From contig JBFXKG010000012.1 in NCBI GenBank assembly GCA_050174015.1, positions 44,622 through 108,621 on the forward strand: a stretch of DNA of 64,000 nucleotides, given 5' to 3'. A program made the translations under genes and the position numbers. Origin of the DNA: Candidatus Krumholzibacteriia bacterium (GTDB lineage Bacteria > Krumholzibacteriota > Krumholzibacteriia > LZORAL124-64-63). Position 1 is the stretch's first letter. Every line of letters begins with the position of its first letter. Under the pieces are notes generated by a model. The model saw nothing but the letters and a program-made list of their open reading frames with translations, did no database searches and had not been told where the DNA came from. Positions 9,848 through 18,185 of the stretch are shown one piece after another.

Positions 9848-10567
9848 CTACTTGAACATGGCCTTGAGCGTGCCCCAGGAGGCGCTCTCGTTGTCCACGA
9901 TGCAGTTGACGTCCACCAGGGCGCAGCAGACGTCGAACAACTCGCCGCCGTTGGCTCCGCACAGGAAGGCGGGATAATCGGCAGGCATGGGGGAGGCCAT
10001 GCCGCTGTCCCAGACCTTCATGGCGTTGGCGATGGAGAAGCGGATCTCGCAGCCGTTGAGCTGGGGGCAGTTGTCGAACGTTCCGCTGAAGGTGATGTTC
10101 GAGGTCAGGCCGACGGGGACGCCACCGAAGAAGGTGATGGTGGCCACGACCTGGTAGCTGGTGAGCTGGCCGGACAGATCGGCCACCCCGTCGGACCAGG
10201 TGTTGTCCTTGGTCATCCAGAACTCCCCGCCGACGTAGTCGGTGGAGTAGGTGCGGGACCCGTTGCCGTACCCGTCGAGGGAGTCGTCGATGAGGGTGGC
10301 GCCGTTGGCGTCGATGGCCATCCCGAAGGCCTTCCATTCGGTGCCCAGGGTGGACCCGTTCCAGGACATGGCGTTCTGGGTGTTGCCGGGCTGGCCGGGT
10401 TGCAGGGGAGCTCCGTCGACGCCGCACCAGGCTTCGGAGGCGCGGCCGCCCAGCATGGTGCCGTTGTAGGTGGCCCAGGCGCCGTTGAGGTTGGGGCACT
10501 GGGCGGAGGCGAGGGTCGAGACGAGCAGGAGCAGCAAGACCAGGGAAGCCGTTCTCAAGATGTGCAT
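9848..10567 (-). CDS. Secreted Cys-rich hypothetical protein (239 aa) with C-terminal SWGTLKAMFK tail; paralog 2
   Basis: Signal peptide ending ASA-QC, GGAGG RBS, 8 Cys conserved with the neighbouring paralog. Confidence 0.88.
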   Translation of the reverse strand: MHILRTASLVLLLLLVSTLASAQCPNLNGAWATYNGTMLGGRASEAWCGVDGAPLQPGQPGNTQNAMSWNGSTLGTEWKAFGMAIDANGATLIDDSLDGYGNGSRTYSTDYVGGEFWMTKDNTWSDGVADLSGQLTSYQVVATITFFGGVPVGLTSNITFSGTFDNCPQLNGCEIRFSIANAMKVWDSGMASPMPADYPAFLCGANGGELFDVCCALVDVNCIVDNESASWGTLKAMFK

Positions 10568-10749
10568 GGGGTACCTCCGAACCGGTGTCAGGAATATCGA
10601 AACGATTCAGGATCCTTCTGGGGATTCGCCCTGGTCCGTCGGGCAGGACAATGATACGGCAAAAGAAAAGGCAATGTCAATAAATTCCGCCCATGGGCGG
10701 ATAGCCGCGGGGCCCGATCCGGCTCCGCGGCATCCCCCTCGCGTCCACG

Positions 10750-11469
10750 TCACTTGTACTGGGCCTTCAGGTCGCCCCAGGAGGTCGGTTCGGTGTCGAT
10801 GGCGCAGGCGATGTCCATGCTGATGCAGCAGACGTCGAAGAATTCCCCCGCACTCGCCGAGCACAGGAACGCGGGGTAATTGGCCGGCATGGGAGTGGCC
10901 ATGTTGGTGTCCCAGATCTTCATGGCGTTGGCGATGGCGAAACGGACCTCGCAGCCGTTGACCGCCGGACAGTTCAGGAAATCCCCGGTGAAGGAGATGT
11001 TGCTGGTGGCTCCCATGGGGATCCCCGTGTAGAAGGTGATGGTCGTGAACACGACGTAGGACGTCAGGACGCCCTCGAGGTCGGCCGCACCGTCGGCCCA
11101 GGTGTTGTCCCGGGTCAACCAGAACTGCCCGCCCAGGTAGTTGGTCCTGTAGGTCCGCGTCCCGGTCCCCGATCCGTCCAGGGTGTCGGAGATCAGGACG
11201 GCGCCGGCGCCGTCGATCTCCATGCCCCAGGCCTTCCACAGGGCCCCCAGGGCGGCCCCGTTCCAGGACATGGCGTTCTGCGTGTTGCCGGGCACTCCGC
11301 CCTGGATGGGCATCCCTCCGGACCCGCACCAGGCTTCCGAGGCCCGGCCGCCGGTCATGGAGCCGTCATTGGTGGTCCAGTAGCCGTTGAGGTTGGGGCA
11401 CTGGGCCCAGGCCGCCGCAGCGATCAGGACGAGCGCCGCCGTGAGAATGAGCATTGTCATGGTGCGCAT
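10750..11469 (-). CDS. Secreted Cys-rich hypothetical protein (239 aa) with C-terminal SWGDLKAQYK tail; paralog 1
   Basis: Start set at MRTMT (11469) after GGAGG; signal peptide ending AWA-QC; ungapped colinear with 9848-10567. Confidence 0.88.
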   Translation of the reverse strand: MRTMTMLILTAALVLIAAAAWAQCPNLNGYWTTNDGSMTGGRASEAWCGSGGMPIQGGVPGNTQNAMSWNGAALGALWKAWGMEIDGAGAVLISDTLDGSGTGTRTYRTNYLGGQFWLTRDNTWADGAADLEGVLTSYVVFTTITFYTGIPMGATSNISFTGDFLNCPAVNGCEVRFAIANAMKIWDTNMATPMPANYPAFLCSASAGEFFDVCCISMDIACAIDTEPTSWGDLKAQYK

Positions 11470-11868
11470 GGAAAACCTCCCGCGATAACGGTACCGCATC
11501 GGGACTCGAGGATCGATGAGTCGGCGAATGATGGGGGGCGAGAGGGCGAGGCTTACCGCATCGGTGTCGTCCAGCAACTGCCGGCTCACCAACGGAACCA
11601 GGTGAGGATATCAGAATGATCGGATGAATTCAAGAAAGATCATTGCCCCCAAATCCCACCGGATGGCTTATTTGCCGGGAAAATTTTGCCGGTCCGGACC
11701 AGGAGAGGGGGCAGATTTCAGGGACCAGTCGACCTGCGATCAATTATGAAAATCATTGTCGTTAAAAAAATAACTTAAGGTTGACGCGTACGACTCGAAA
11801 GCCCTAGGGTGCTTCTATGAGTAGGGCGGTCCGGCCCTGCTCGCGACCCCAATCGAGAGGTTTGAGTC

Positions 11869-12825
11869 TTGCGGACACGAACAAAACTTCGGGTTGAGCT
11901 GACGAGGCACGCCCTGGCGAGGGCGGCCGGGTTGGCTCTGGCGACGGGCCTCCTGCTGGCCCTGCCCGTGCTCGCCGCCCAGGGAGGGGCGGGCCAGGTT
12001 TGCCTGGATTGTCATGAGGATCAAGCAAGCAGTCTGGAATTCGGACCCCACAGCCTTTCCCCGGGCGGCGAGGGCAGGTTGAACTGCCTGTCGTGCCATG
12101 ACGGCGACCCCCGACACTGGGAGGACGATCCTTCTTCCTACCCCATGGCCAATCCGGCCGACATGGGCGGCGAGGAGGCCGGCAGGCTCTGCGGCCGGTG
12201 CCACGATTCGGTCCACCAGATCAACCAGCAGACGGTCAGCCCCCATGCGGCCGCCGGCGTCTCCTGCCTGGCCTGCCACCAGGTCCACGGCAGCGAGCTC
12301 CGCGGGTCGCTGGTCTCGGAGCAGCCGGGACTCTGCTTCGGATGCCACGCAGGGCAGCGGGCCGACTTCGCCCAACCGTTCCATCACCCTGCCGACGAAG
12401 GGTTCATGGACTGCAGCGATTGCCACCTGAAGTCCGACGACGGGTGGGATTCCCTGGTGATGCGCGGCGGCGACGCCGTCTGTCTCGGTTGCCATGCCGA
12501 GTTCCAGGGGCCGTTCCCCTTCGAACACCAGGCCGGAGTGGGATACTCCACCGAGGAGGGCAGCTGCCTCAACTGTCACGAGCCCCACGGTTCGGCCCAT
12601 CCCCGGCTGCTGAAGCAGCCTTACGAGGGGCCCCACTTCCAGCTCTGCTCCCAGTGCCACTCGGTTCCCGGGCACCGCGACAACAGCCAGCACGGAACGG
12701 AGTGGGCGGACATGGCCTGCGGTGAGTGCCACGTGGACATCCACGGCTCCTACACCAGCAGCAAGTTCTTCGCGCCGATCATCGAGGCCCAGGGCTGCAA
12801 CACCCTGGGTTGCCACCAGCGGTAG
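11869..12825 (+). CDS. MtrA/DmsE/PioA-like periplasmic decaheme cytochrome c, plus one CX4CH motif
   Basis: 10 CXXCH (CLDCH, CLSCH, CGRCH, CLACH, CFGCH, CSDCH, CLGCH, CLNCH, CSQCH, CGECH), GPFPFEH and CHEPHGS DmsE-type segments, signal peptide; TTG start is uncertain. Confidence 0.88.
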   Translation: MRTRTKLRVELTRHALARAAGLALATGLLLALPVLAAQGGAGQVCLDCHEDQASSLEFGPHSLSPGGEGRLNCLSCHDGDPRHWEDDPSSYPMANPADMGGEEAGRLCGRCHDSVHQINQQTVSPHAAAGVSCLACHQVHGSELRGSLVSEQPGLCFGCHAGQRADFAQPFHHPADEGFMDCSDCHLKSDDGWDSLVMRGGDAVCLGCHAEFQGPFPFEHQAGVGYSTEEGSCLNCHEPHGSAHPRLLKQPYEGPHFQLCSQCHSVPGHRDNSQHGTEWADMACGECHVDIHGSYTSSKFFAPIIEAQGCNTLGCHQR

Positions 12826-12837
12826 GAGGAGGCTGAA

Positions 12838-14400
12838 ATGCGACGGATTGCAACGATTTCAAGCCTGGCCGCCCTGCTGCTCGTGCTGGCCTTGCCGGCG
12901 GCTGCGGAATCCCTGAAGGGGACGGTCAAGCTCGGAGTCATCACCAAGGACGAGGACACGAGCGACGTGACGGCCATCCAGGAGACGGTCAACATCCACG
13001 ACGGATTCTCCGTCACCCAGGTGGCCCTGCGCGGGGCCCTGGGCGGCGGCAGCGCCTTCCGCCTCGACCTGGAGGAGATGAACCTCGATTCGCGGCGGGG
13101 TTACTTCAACTACCGGCTGCAGGATCGCCTCCACCTGACCGCGCGTTACGATCGCCGCCGGCATCTCTTCGACGCCGACGGGGCCGTGGAGAGCGAACGG
13201 GAGAAGTGGATGTTCGGCGCGAGGGTGACCCCGGCGGACTGGCTGCGGATCACCGGGGACTATTCCCGGCAGACCCGCCAGGGCGACCGTCTTGGTTACG
13301 GGGCCGGCTTCCAGAGCTGGCTGGGCGACGCCTACGATTACACCTTCGGGATCGGCCGGGTGGAGGCCGAGGCGCGCCGGGGCGCCCGGGCCTTCGCGGT
13401 CGGATTCGAGACCAGCAGCTTCGAGGACGCCCAGCTGACCGCGGCCGACCGGACCGGGCAGGTCTTCTCGGCCCGCGCCAACCTGCCTTGCCTGCTGTGG
13501 CCCGGCAAGCTGTCGCACTACCTGCGGGGCACCCTCGGCGAGCAGAAGCTCGACCAGGGGGGATTGGCCTACACCATGTCGACCTTCCAGTACGTCGGCG
13601 TCGCGCGGCCCGTCCGGCCCTTCCAGCTCGACTACCGGTTCTTCGGCAGCAGGGTGGAGGACGACGCCACCGGCCTGCAGACCGACGAGGTCCGCAACGA
13701 CTTCGACCTGACCTGGCATCACGCCCACGGCAAGGTCTTCGGCGGTTACGGCTACTTCACCAACGACAACGAGAGGTCGCTGACCAGCGACAACGTCTGG
13801 CGCGTCGGGACGGTGGTCGGCGACGGCAAGGTCTTCAAGGGCAAGGTCAGCTACGCCAGCAGCGAGAAGACGGACACCGAAGGCCTGACCCTCCTGAAGG
13901 ACATCGAGGCCAGCCGGCTCCGGTTTAGCCTGGACGTCAATCCCGACGACAAGATGAACTTCGGCGTCTCCTACATCGACCATGACCGGACCTTCCCGGT
14001 CATCGGGGTGGAATCCTCCGGACTCCGCTACGCGGCCCGGGGCGGCTACCGGCTGGACGGCCTCGGCGCCTTCAACCTGACCTACAGCTATTCGGACGAC
14101 GAATACCAGGACCTGGCAGGCTCCTTCCAGGCGGACAACCACGCCGTGACCGGTCGTCTGGACATCGATCGCTTCCGCGACCTGAAACTGTCGGCGGGGC
14201 TGACTTACCTCGACATCGGCAAGGACCTGGACATCGAGAAGTCCATCCTGATGTTCGCCGGCGAGTACGCCCTGCAGGACGATTACTTCGTGGAGGTGAA
14301 ATACAACGTCTACAACTACGACGATTTCATCCTCATGGATCGCTACTACACCGCGAACGTGGTGTGGGTGAATGTCGGCTACAAGCTTTCGATCGACTAG
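12838..14400 (+). CDS. Outer-membrane beta-barrel, MtrB/PioB-like porin
   Basis: Signal peptide, alternating amphipathic Tyr/Gly-rich strands, no CXXCH, directly after the decaheme gene with a GGAGG RBS; 520 aa. Confidence 0.78.
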   Translation: MRRIATISSLAALLLVLALPAAAESLKGTVKLGVITKDEDTSDVTAIQETVNIHDGFSVTQVALRGALGGGSAFRLDLEEMNLDSRRGYFNYRLQDRLHLTARYDRRRHLFDADGAVESEREKWMFGARVTPADWLRITGDYSRQTRQGDRLGYGAGFQSWLGDAYDYTFGIGRVEAEARRGARAFAVGFETSSFEDAQLTAADRTGQVFSARANLPCLLWPGKLSHYLRGTLGEQKLDQGGLAYTMSTFQYVGVARPVRPFQLDYRFFGSRVEDDATGLQTDEVRNDFDLTWHHAHGKVFGGYGYFTNDNERSLTSDNVWRVGTVVGDGKVFKGKVSYASSEKTDTEGLTLLKDIEASRLRFSLDVNPDDKMNFGVSYIDHDRTFPVIGVESSGLRYAARGGYRLDGLGAFNLTYSYSDDEYQDLAGSFQADNHAVTGRLDIDRFRDLKLSAGLTYLDIGKDLDIEKSILMFAGEYALQDDYFVEVKYNVYNYDDFILMDRYYTANVVWVNVGYKLSID

Positions 14401-14438
14401 TTGCAAGTCATGACGCCCGTCACAAGGAGGATCCGATA

Positions 14439-15428
14439 ATGACGGCAGCCCGCAAAAACCTGATGATCCTGATCTGCCTCGTGTCGTTGCTGGCCCTCGG
14501 CGCCTGTACCCGCGAGATCACCTACACCCAGGTGAACGAGAGCGCCTCGAGCTGCTTCGACTGCCACAACGATCAGGACACCTTCCTGATGGAAGCCCAG
14601 CTCGAGTGGACCTACTCCATGCACGCCATCGGCGCCAACGTCGCCTATGCCGGCGGCCGCAGCGGATGCTCCAATTGCCACTCCGGGGCGGGCTTCGAAG
14701 CTGCCCTGGCCGGCGAAACCGCAGTTCCTTACGCGACGTCCATCCGCTGCTTCAGCTGCCACGCTCCCCACACCAACGAGGACTTCCAGCTGCGGGTGAC
14801 GGAGGCCCAGACCCTGGCTGACGGAACGGTCCTGGACATCGGGGACGGCAATCTCTGCCTGTCCTGCCACCAGGCCCGCCGCGACGTGGCCACCGAGATC
14901 GTGGCCGACGACGAGGGCAACTACGTCATCCCCAGCAGCCACTGGGGCCCCCACCACGGTCCCCAGGGCGACCTCCTGGCCGGGACCAACGGCTACGAGT
15001 TCGAGGGCTACACCTACCGCAGTGCGGCTCCTCCGGCCCACCTGGCCAACGGCTGCATCAGCTGCCACTTCGCCGAGAACAGTGCCGCGGACCTGGGCGG
15101 CCACTCGTTCAACATGACCAACGCCGCCGGCGCCATGAACGTCAACGGCTGCAACCTCTGCCATACCGACCTGACGGACTTCAACTACGAAGGCCGCGTG
15201 GCGGAGATCGACGAGCTGGGCGAGGAACTGCACGCCCTGCTGGTCGCCGAGGGGACGGTCGACGAGGACGGGCATCCGATCCAGGACGCCGTCACGACCC
15301 TCGAGGGGAAGGCCGCGACGTGGAACTTCCTGTTCTGGGAAGAGGACCGGAGCCACGGCGTCCACAACCCCGACTATGCCGAAGACCTGCTCCGGGCCTC
15401 GATCGCGGTCATGAGCGGCGAGAAGTAG
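14439..15428 (+). CDS. Hexaheme c-type cytochrome lipoprotein (C-terminus resembles Geobacter OmcB-type surface cytochromes)
   Basis: Lipobox LALGA-C; 6 CXXCH (CFDCH, CSNCH, CFSCH, CLSCH, CISCH, CNLCH); C-terminal DRSHGVHNPDYAEDLL; AAGGAGG RBS. Confidence 0.85.
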   Translation: MTAARKNLMILICLVSLLALGACTREITYTQVNESASSCFDCHNDQDTFLMEAQLEWTYSMHAIGANVAYAGGRSGCSNCHSGAGFEAALAGETAVPYATSIRCFSCHAPHTNEDFQLRVTEAQTLADGTVLDIGDGNLCLSCHQARRDVATEIVADDEGNYVIPSSHWGPHHGPQGDLLAGTNGYEFEGYTYRSAAPPAHLANGCISCHFAENSAADLGGHSFNMTNAAGAMNVNGCNLCHTDLTDFNYEGRVAEIDELGEELHALLVAEGTVDEDGHPIQDAVTTLEGKAATWNFLFWEEDRSHGVHNPDYAEDLLRASIAVMSGEK

Positions 15429-15465
15429 GCTTGACCTACAGCGGGGAGTCGTTCCCCGGTTGAAA

Positions 15466-15493
15466 CGGCGGGCGGGGGATTCCCCGCCCGCCG
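15466..15493 (+). terminator. Hairpin ending the porin-cytochrome operon
   Basis: CGGCGGGCGGGG-GATT-CCCCGCCCGCCG, a perfect 12-bp stem, followed by an AT-rich promoter-like stretch (about 15510-15570). Confidence 0.65.
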
Positions 15494-15612
15494 GCGTTTA
15501 CAGGGGTCTTTCCCGTTAGGAAGTAAACGATGTTATTTTGTTAACGAATTTTGTTTTACTTTAGTCAGGTCTCATATTGGCCACGTGGATTGGGGAATCG
15601 GAGGTGATCCCG

Positions 15613-16029
15613 GTGGCCATGCCCCCCCCGGAGCCCAAGGCGGTGCTCCACCTGAGAATCGTCCTGTGGGCGGCGGCCCTTCACTCGTTCGCCGTCGGTC
15701 TGGGCCTCATCCTGCACCCGGCGCCCGTCCTGGCCTTTTTCGGCTATGCCCCCCTGACCGAACCGTTCTTTCCCACCCAGGGGGGCGTCTTCCACGTCCT
15801 GATGGCCGTGGGCTACGCGATGGGGGCCGTCCATCCGAACCGCTTCCGGTGCCTGGTGATCTTCGCGGTCATCGTGAAGACGGCGGCCACCGTTTTCCTG
15901 CTCACCTACTGGTCCCTGGTTTCCCCCCTGTTGATCGTCCTGCTGTCCGCAGTGGGCGACGGCGTCCTCGCCGCCGCGCTGTGGTTGACGTATCGCCGCT
16001 GGCGCCGGTCCGTGCGCCTGGGAGGTTGA
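15613..16029 (+). CDS. Small integral membrane protein (about 4 TM), function unknown
   Basis: Four hydrophobic segments; GTG 15613 after GGAGG (ATG 15619 is an alternative); stop is 2 nt before the next ATG. Confidence 0.75.
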   Translation: MAMPPPEPKAVLHLRIVLWAAALHSFAVGLGLILHPAPVLAFFGYAPLTEPFFPTQGGVFHVLMAVGYAMGAVHPNRFRCLVIFAVIVKTAATVFLLTYWSLVSPLLIVLLSAVGDGVLAAALWLTYRRWRRSVRLGG

Positions 16030-16031
16030 GG

Positions 16032-17711
16032 ATGGACAAGCAGCTTCCCGGAATCGTCGTCACCGGGGCTTCGGGTTTCGTCGGCCGGCATTTCCTGGCC
16101 AGCGCGGCGGGCCGCTACCGCCTGTTCTGCCTGGCCCGGCGCTCCCGTTCGGAGGCGGGCGTTCCCGAGGATCCCAACCTGCGCTGGACCCAGGTGGACA
16201 TCGCCAAGTGGGACACCATGCGCCAGGTGGTCAACTGCGTGAAGGAGCATGGCGGGGCGGACTACGTCCTGCACCTGGCGGGATATTACGACTTCAAGTT
16301 CATGGAGCATCCGGAGTACGAGCGGACGAACGTCCTGGGGACCCGGAACGTCCTGAAGCTGGCCAAGCAGCTCGGGGTCAAGCGGTTCCTGTTCGCCAGC
16401 TCCCTGGCGGCCTGCCGTTTCCCCCCCGCCGGCGGCAGCGTGAACGAGGATTCCCCCGCCGATGCGGAATTCGCCTACGCCCGGAGCAAGCGCCAGGGGG
16501 AGGACATGGTGCGGGACAGCGCCGAGTGGTTCCCCGGCGCCATCATCCGGCTCGCGGCGGTCTTCAGCGACTGGTGCGAGTATCCGCCCCTCTACGTATT
16601 CCTCCAGACCTGGTTGGGACAGCGCTGGAACAGCCGGATCCTCGGCGGTAAGGGAAATTCCGCGGTCACCTACATCCACATCCAGGATCTGGTGAAGCTC
16701 TTCCACACGGTGATCGAGAAGAGCGATTCCCTGCCTCGGATCGGCGTCTACAACGCGAGTCCCAACTTCTGCACCAGCCACCGGGATCTCTTCCAGATCG
16801 CCACGCGCTACTACACGGGCGAGCAGGTGCGCCCGCTCTTCATGCCCCGGCGTCTGGCGGGTCCGGGCATCTATCTCCGCTGGTGGCTGGGCCGTCTGGT
16901 GGGGCGGATTCCCTTCGAGGCCCCGTGGATGACCAGGTACATCGACCGTCAGCTGGTGGTGGACGCCTCGCGGACCTACGAGGCGCTGGGCTGGAGCCCC
17001 GCGCGCCGGTCGGACATCTCCCGCAGGTTGCTCCTGATGATCGAGAACATGAAGGCCCACCGGGAGACCTGGAACCAGCGCAACGAGGCCGCCCTGCGCC
17101 GGGTGGCGCGGCGGCCGAACTTCGTCATCGCGGAGGCCCTCCAGGAGATGCGGGAGCATTGCCTCGGGCTCCTCGAGGATTTCGTGGCCGATCCAGGCCA
17201 TCGGGACCGGTTCCCCCACTACAGCCTGATGGAACCGGAAGCCATGCGGTGGTTCCTCACCTTGATCTATCAGGTCCTTTATTCCGCGGTCCAGACGCGG
17301 GACCGCCAGCTGATGCGCCACTACGCCCAGGTCATCGCGGCCAGGCGACGCCAGGAGGGTTTCGAGGCATCCGAGGTCATGGACCTGATGACTTCGGTGG
17401 GCGAGATCGTCAGCGAGGCCCTGCGCCGCAGGCGGGACCTGGAGGACCTGGGCCAGCAGATCCACGACCACGTGGTGCTCAGTTTCCAGCTGGCCATCGA
17501 CGCGGTGGAGGACGCCTACGAGACGATGGAGTCGCGTCCCCAGGAACTTGACGAGCGGCTGGGCGGGGTGGAACTCCCCACCAACGCGTCCGATCTCGAA
17601 CACATGGTCCATCAGCTCAGCGACATCTGTGACGAGGCCCTGCCTTCGCTGTACGGCGGGACGGGCCGTCCGTTGACGCGGGAACAGGTCCTGGGAAAGG
17701 GGCAGCCATGA
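16032..17711 (+). CDS. Extended SDR (NAD-dependent epimerase/dehydratase) fused to a C-terminal helical RsbRD_N/globin-like domain
   Basis: VVTGASGFVG, HLAGYY, FASSLAA, YARSK (YxxxK). C-terminal about 170 aa helical with RRRQEGFEASEV. Start set at MDKQL (16032). Confidence 0.8.
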   Translation: MDKQLPGIVVTGASGFVGRHFLASAAGRYRLFCLARRSRSEAGVPEDPNLRWTQVDIAKWDTMRQVVNCVKEHGGADYVLHLAGYYDFKFMEHPEYERTNVLGTRNVLKLAKQLGVKRFLFASSLAACRFPPAGGSVNEDSPADAEFAYARSKRQGEDMVRDSAEWFPGAIIRLAAVFSDWCEYPPLYVFLQTWLGQRWNSRILGGKGNSAVTYIHIQDLVKLFHTVIEKSDSLPRIGVYNASPNFCTSHRDLFQIATRYYTGEQVRPLFMPRRLAGPGIYLRWWLGRLVGRIPFEAPWMTRYIDRQLVVDASRTYEALGWSPARRSDISRRLLLMIENMKAHRETWNQRNEAALRRVARRPNFVIAEALQEMREHCLGLLEDFVADPGHRDRFPHYSLMEPEAMRWFLTLIYQVLYSAVQTRDRQLMRHYAQVIAARRRQEGFEASEVMDLMTSVGEIVSEALRRRRDLEDLGQQIHDHVVLSFQLAIDAVEDAYETMESRPQELDERLGGVELPTNASDLEHMVHQLSDICDEALPSLYGGTGRPLTREQVLGKGQP

Positions 17712-18181
17712 CCTCCGACAGGGATAGCAGGAAGAGCGGCTGGGAAGACCTGGCCTGGCGCAGTACGCGCTACAACGACCGGACCGTGCTCAAGTCCGGA
17801 TCGTTCCTGAACACCTTCTGCCCGCACTGCGGCGCCTCCCTCCTCCACGAGGGGATGGTGTTGCTGGAAACGGTCACGGCCGAGGGCGTGGAGGGCCGTC
17901 TGGAGCTCAGCCCCTACCTGAACGTGTTCGAGAGGCGCAGCGACATCCACATTCCCGAAGGCCAGGAGGTCAAGGACCTGCGCTGCAGCAGCTGCCACGC
18001 CTCCCTGAAGGCCGAAGGCCGGGTGTGCGGGGACGGACAGTCGGCGGTGGCCTGCGTCCTGGTGGGGATCTCGACCATCCGGGTGCCTTTCTTCTTCTGC
18101 ATGCGGGAGGGCTGCCGCTGGCAGCTCATCGACCCCGACGACGAGCACAAGATCATCCTGGACGACAGCAGGGAGTGGTAG
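17708..18181 (+). CDS. Cytoplasmic Cys-rich, putative metal-binding hypothetical protein
   Basis: CPHC, CSSC(H), C..C and CMREGC motifs; no signal peptide; ATGA overlap with the SDR gene. Confidence 0.75.
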   Translation: MTSDRDSRKSGWEDLAWRSTRYNDRTVLKSGSFLNTFCPHCGASLLHEGMVLLETVTAEGVEGRLELSPYLNVFERRSDIHIPEGQEVKDLRCSSCHASLKAEGRVCGDGQSAVACVLVGISTIRVPFFFCMREGCRWQLIDPDDEHKIILDDSREW

Positions 18182-18185
18182 ACCC

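Noticed and set aside
17980-17998. CSSCH in the 17708-18181 protein as a heme c site
   Set aside because: No signal peptide and several other CxxC pairs, so a cytoplasmic Zn/Fe site is more likely
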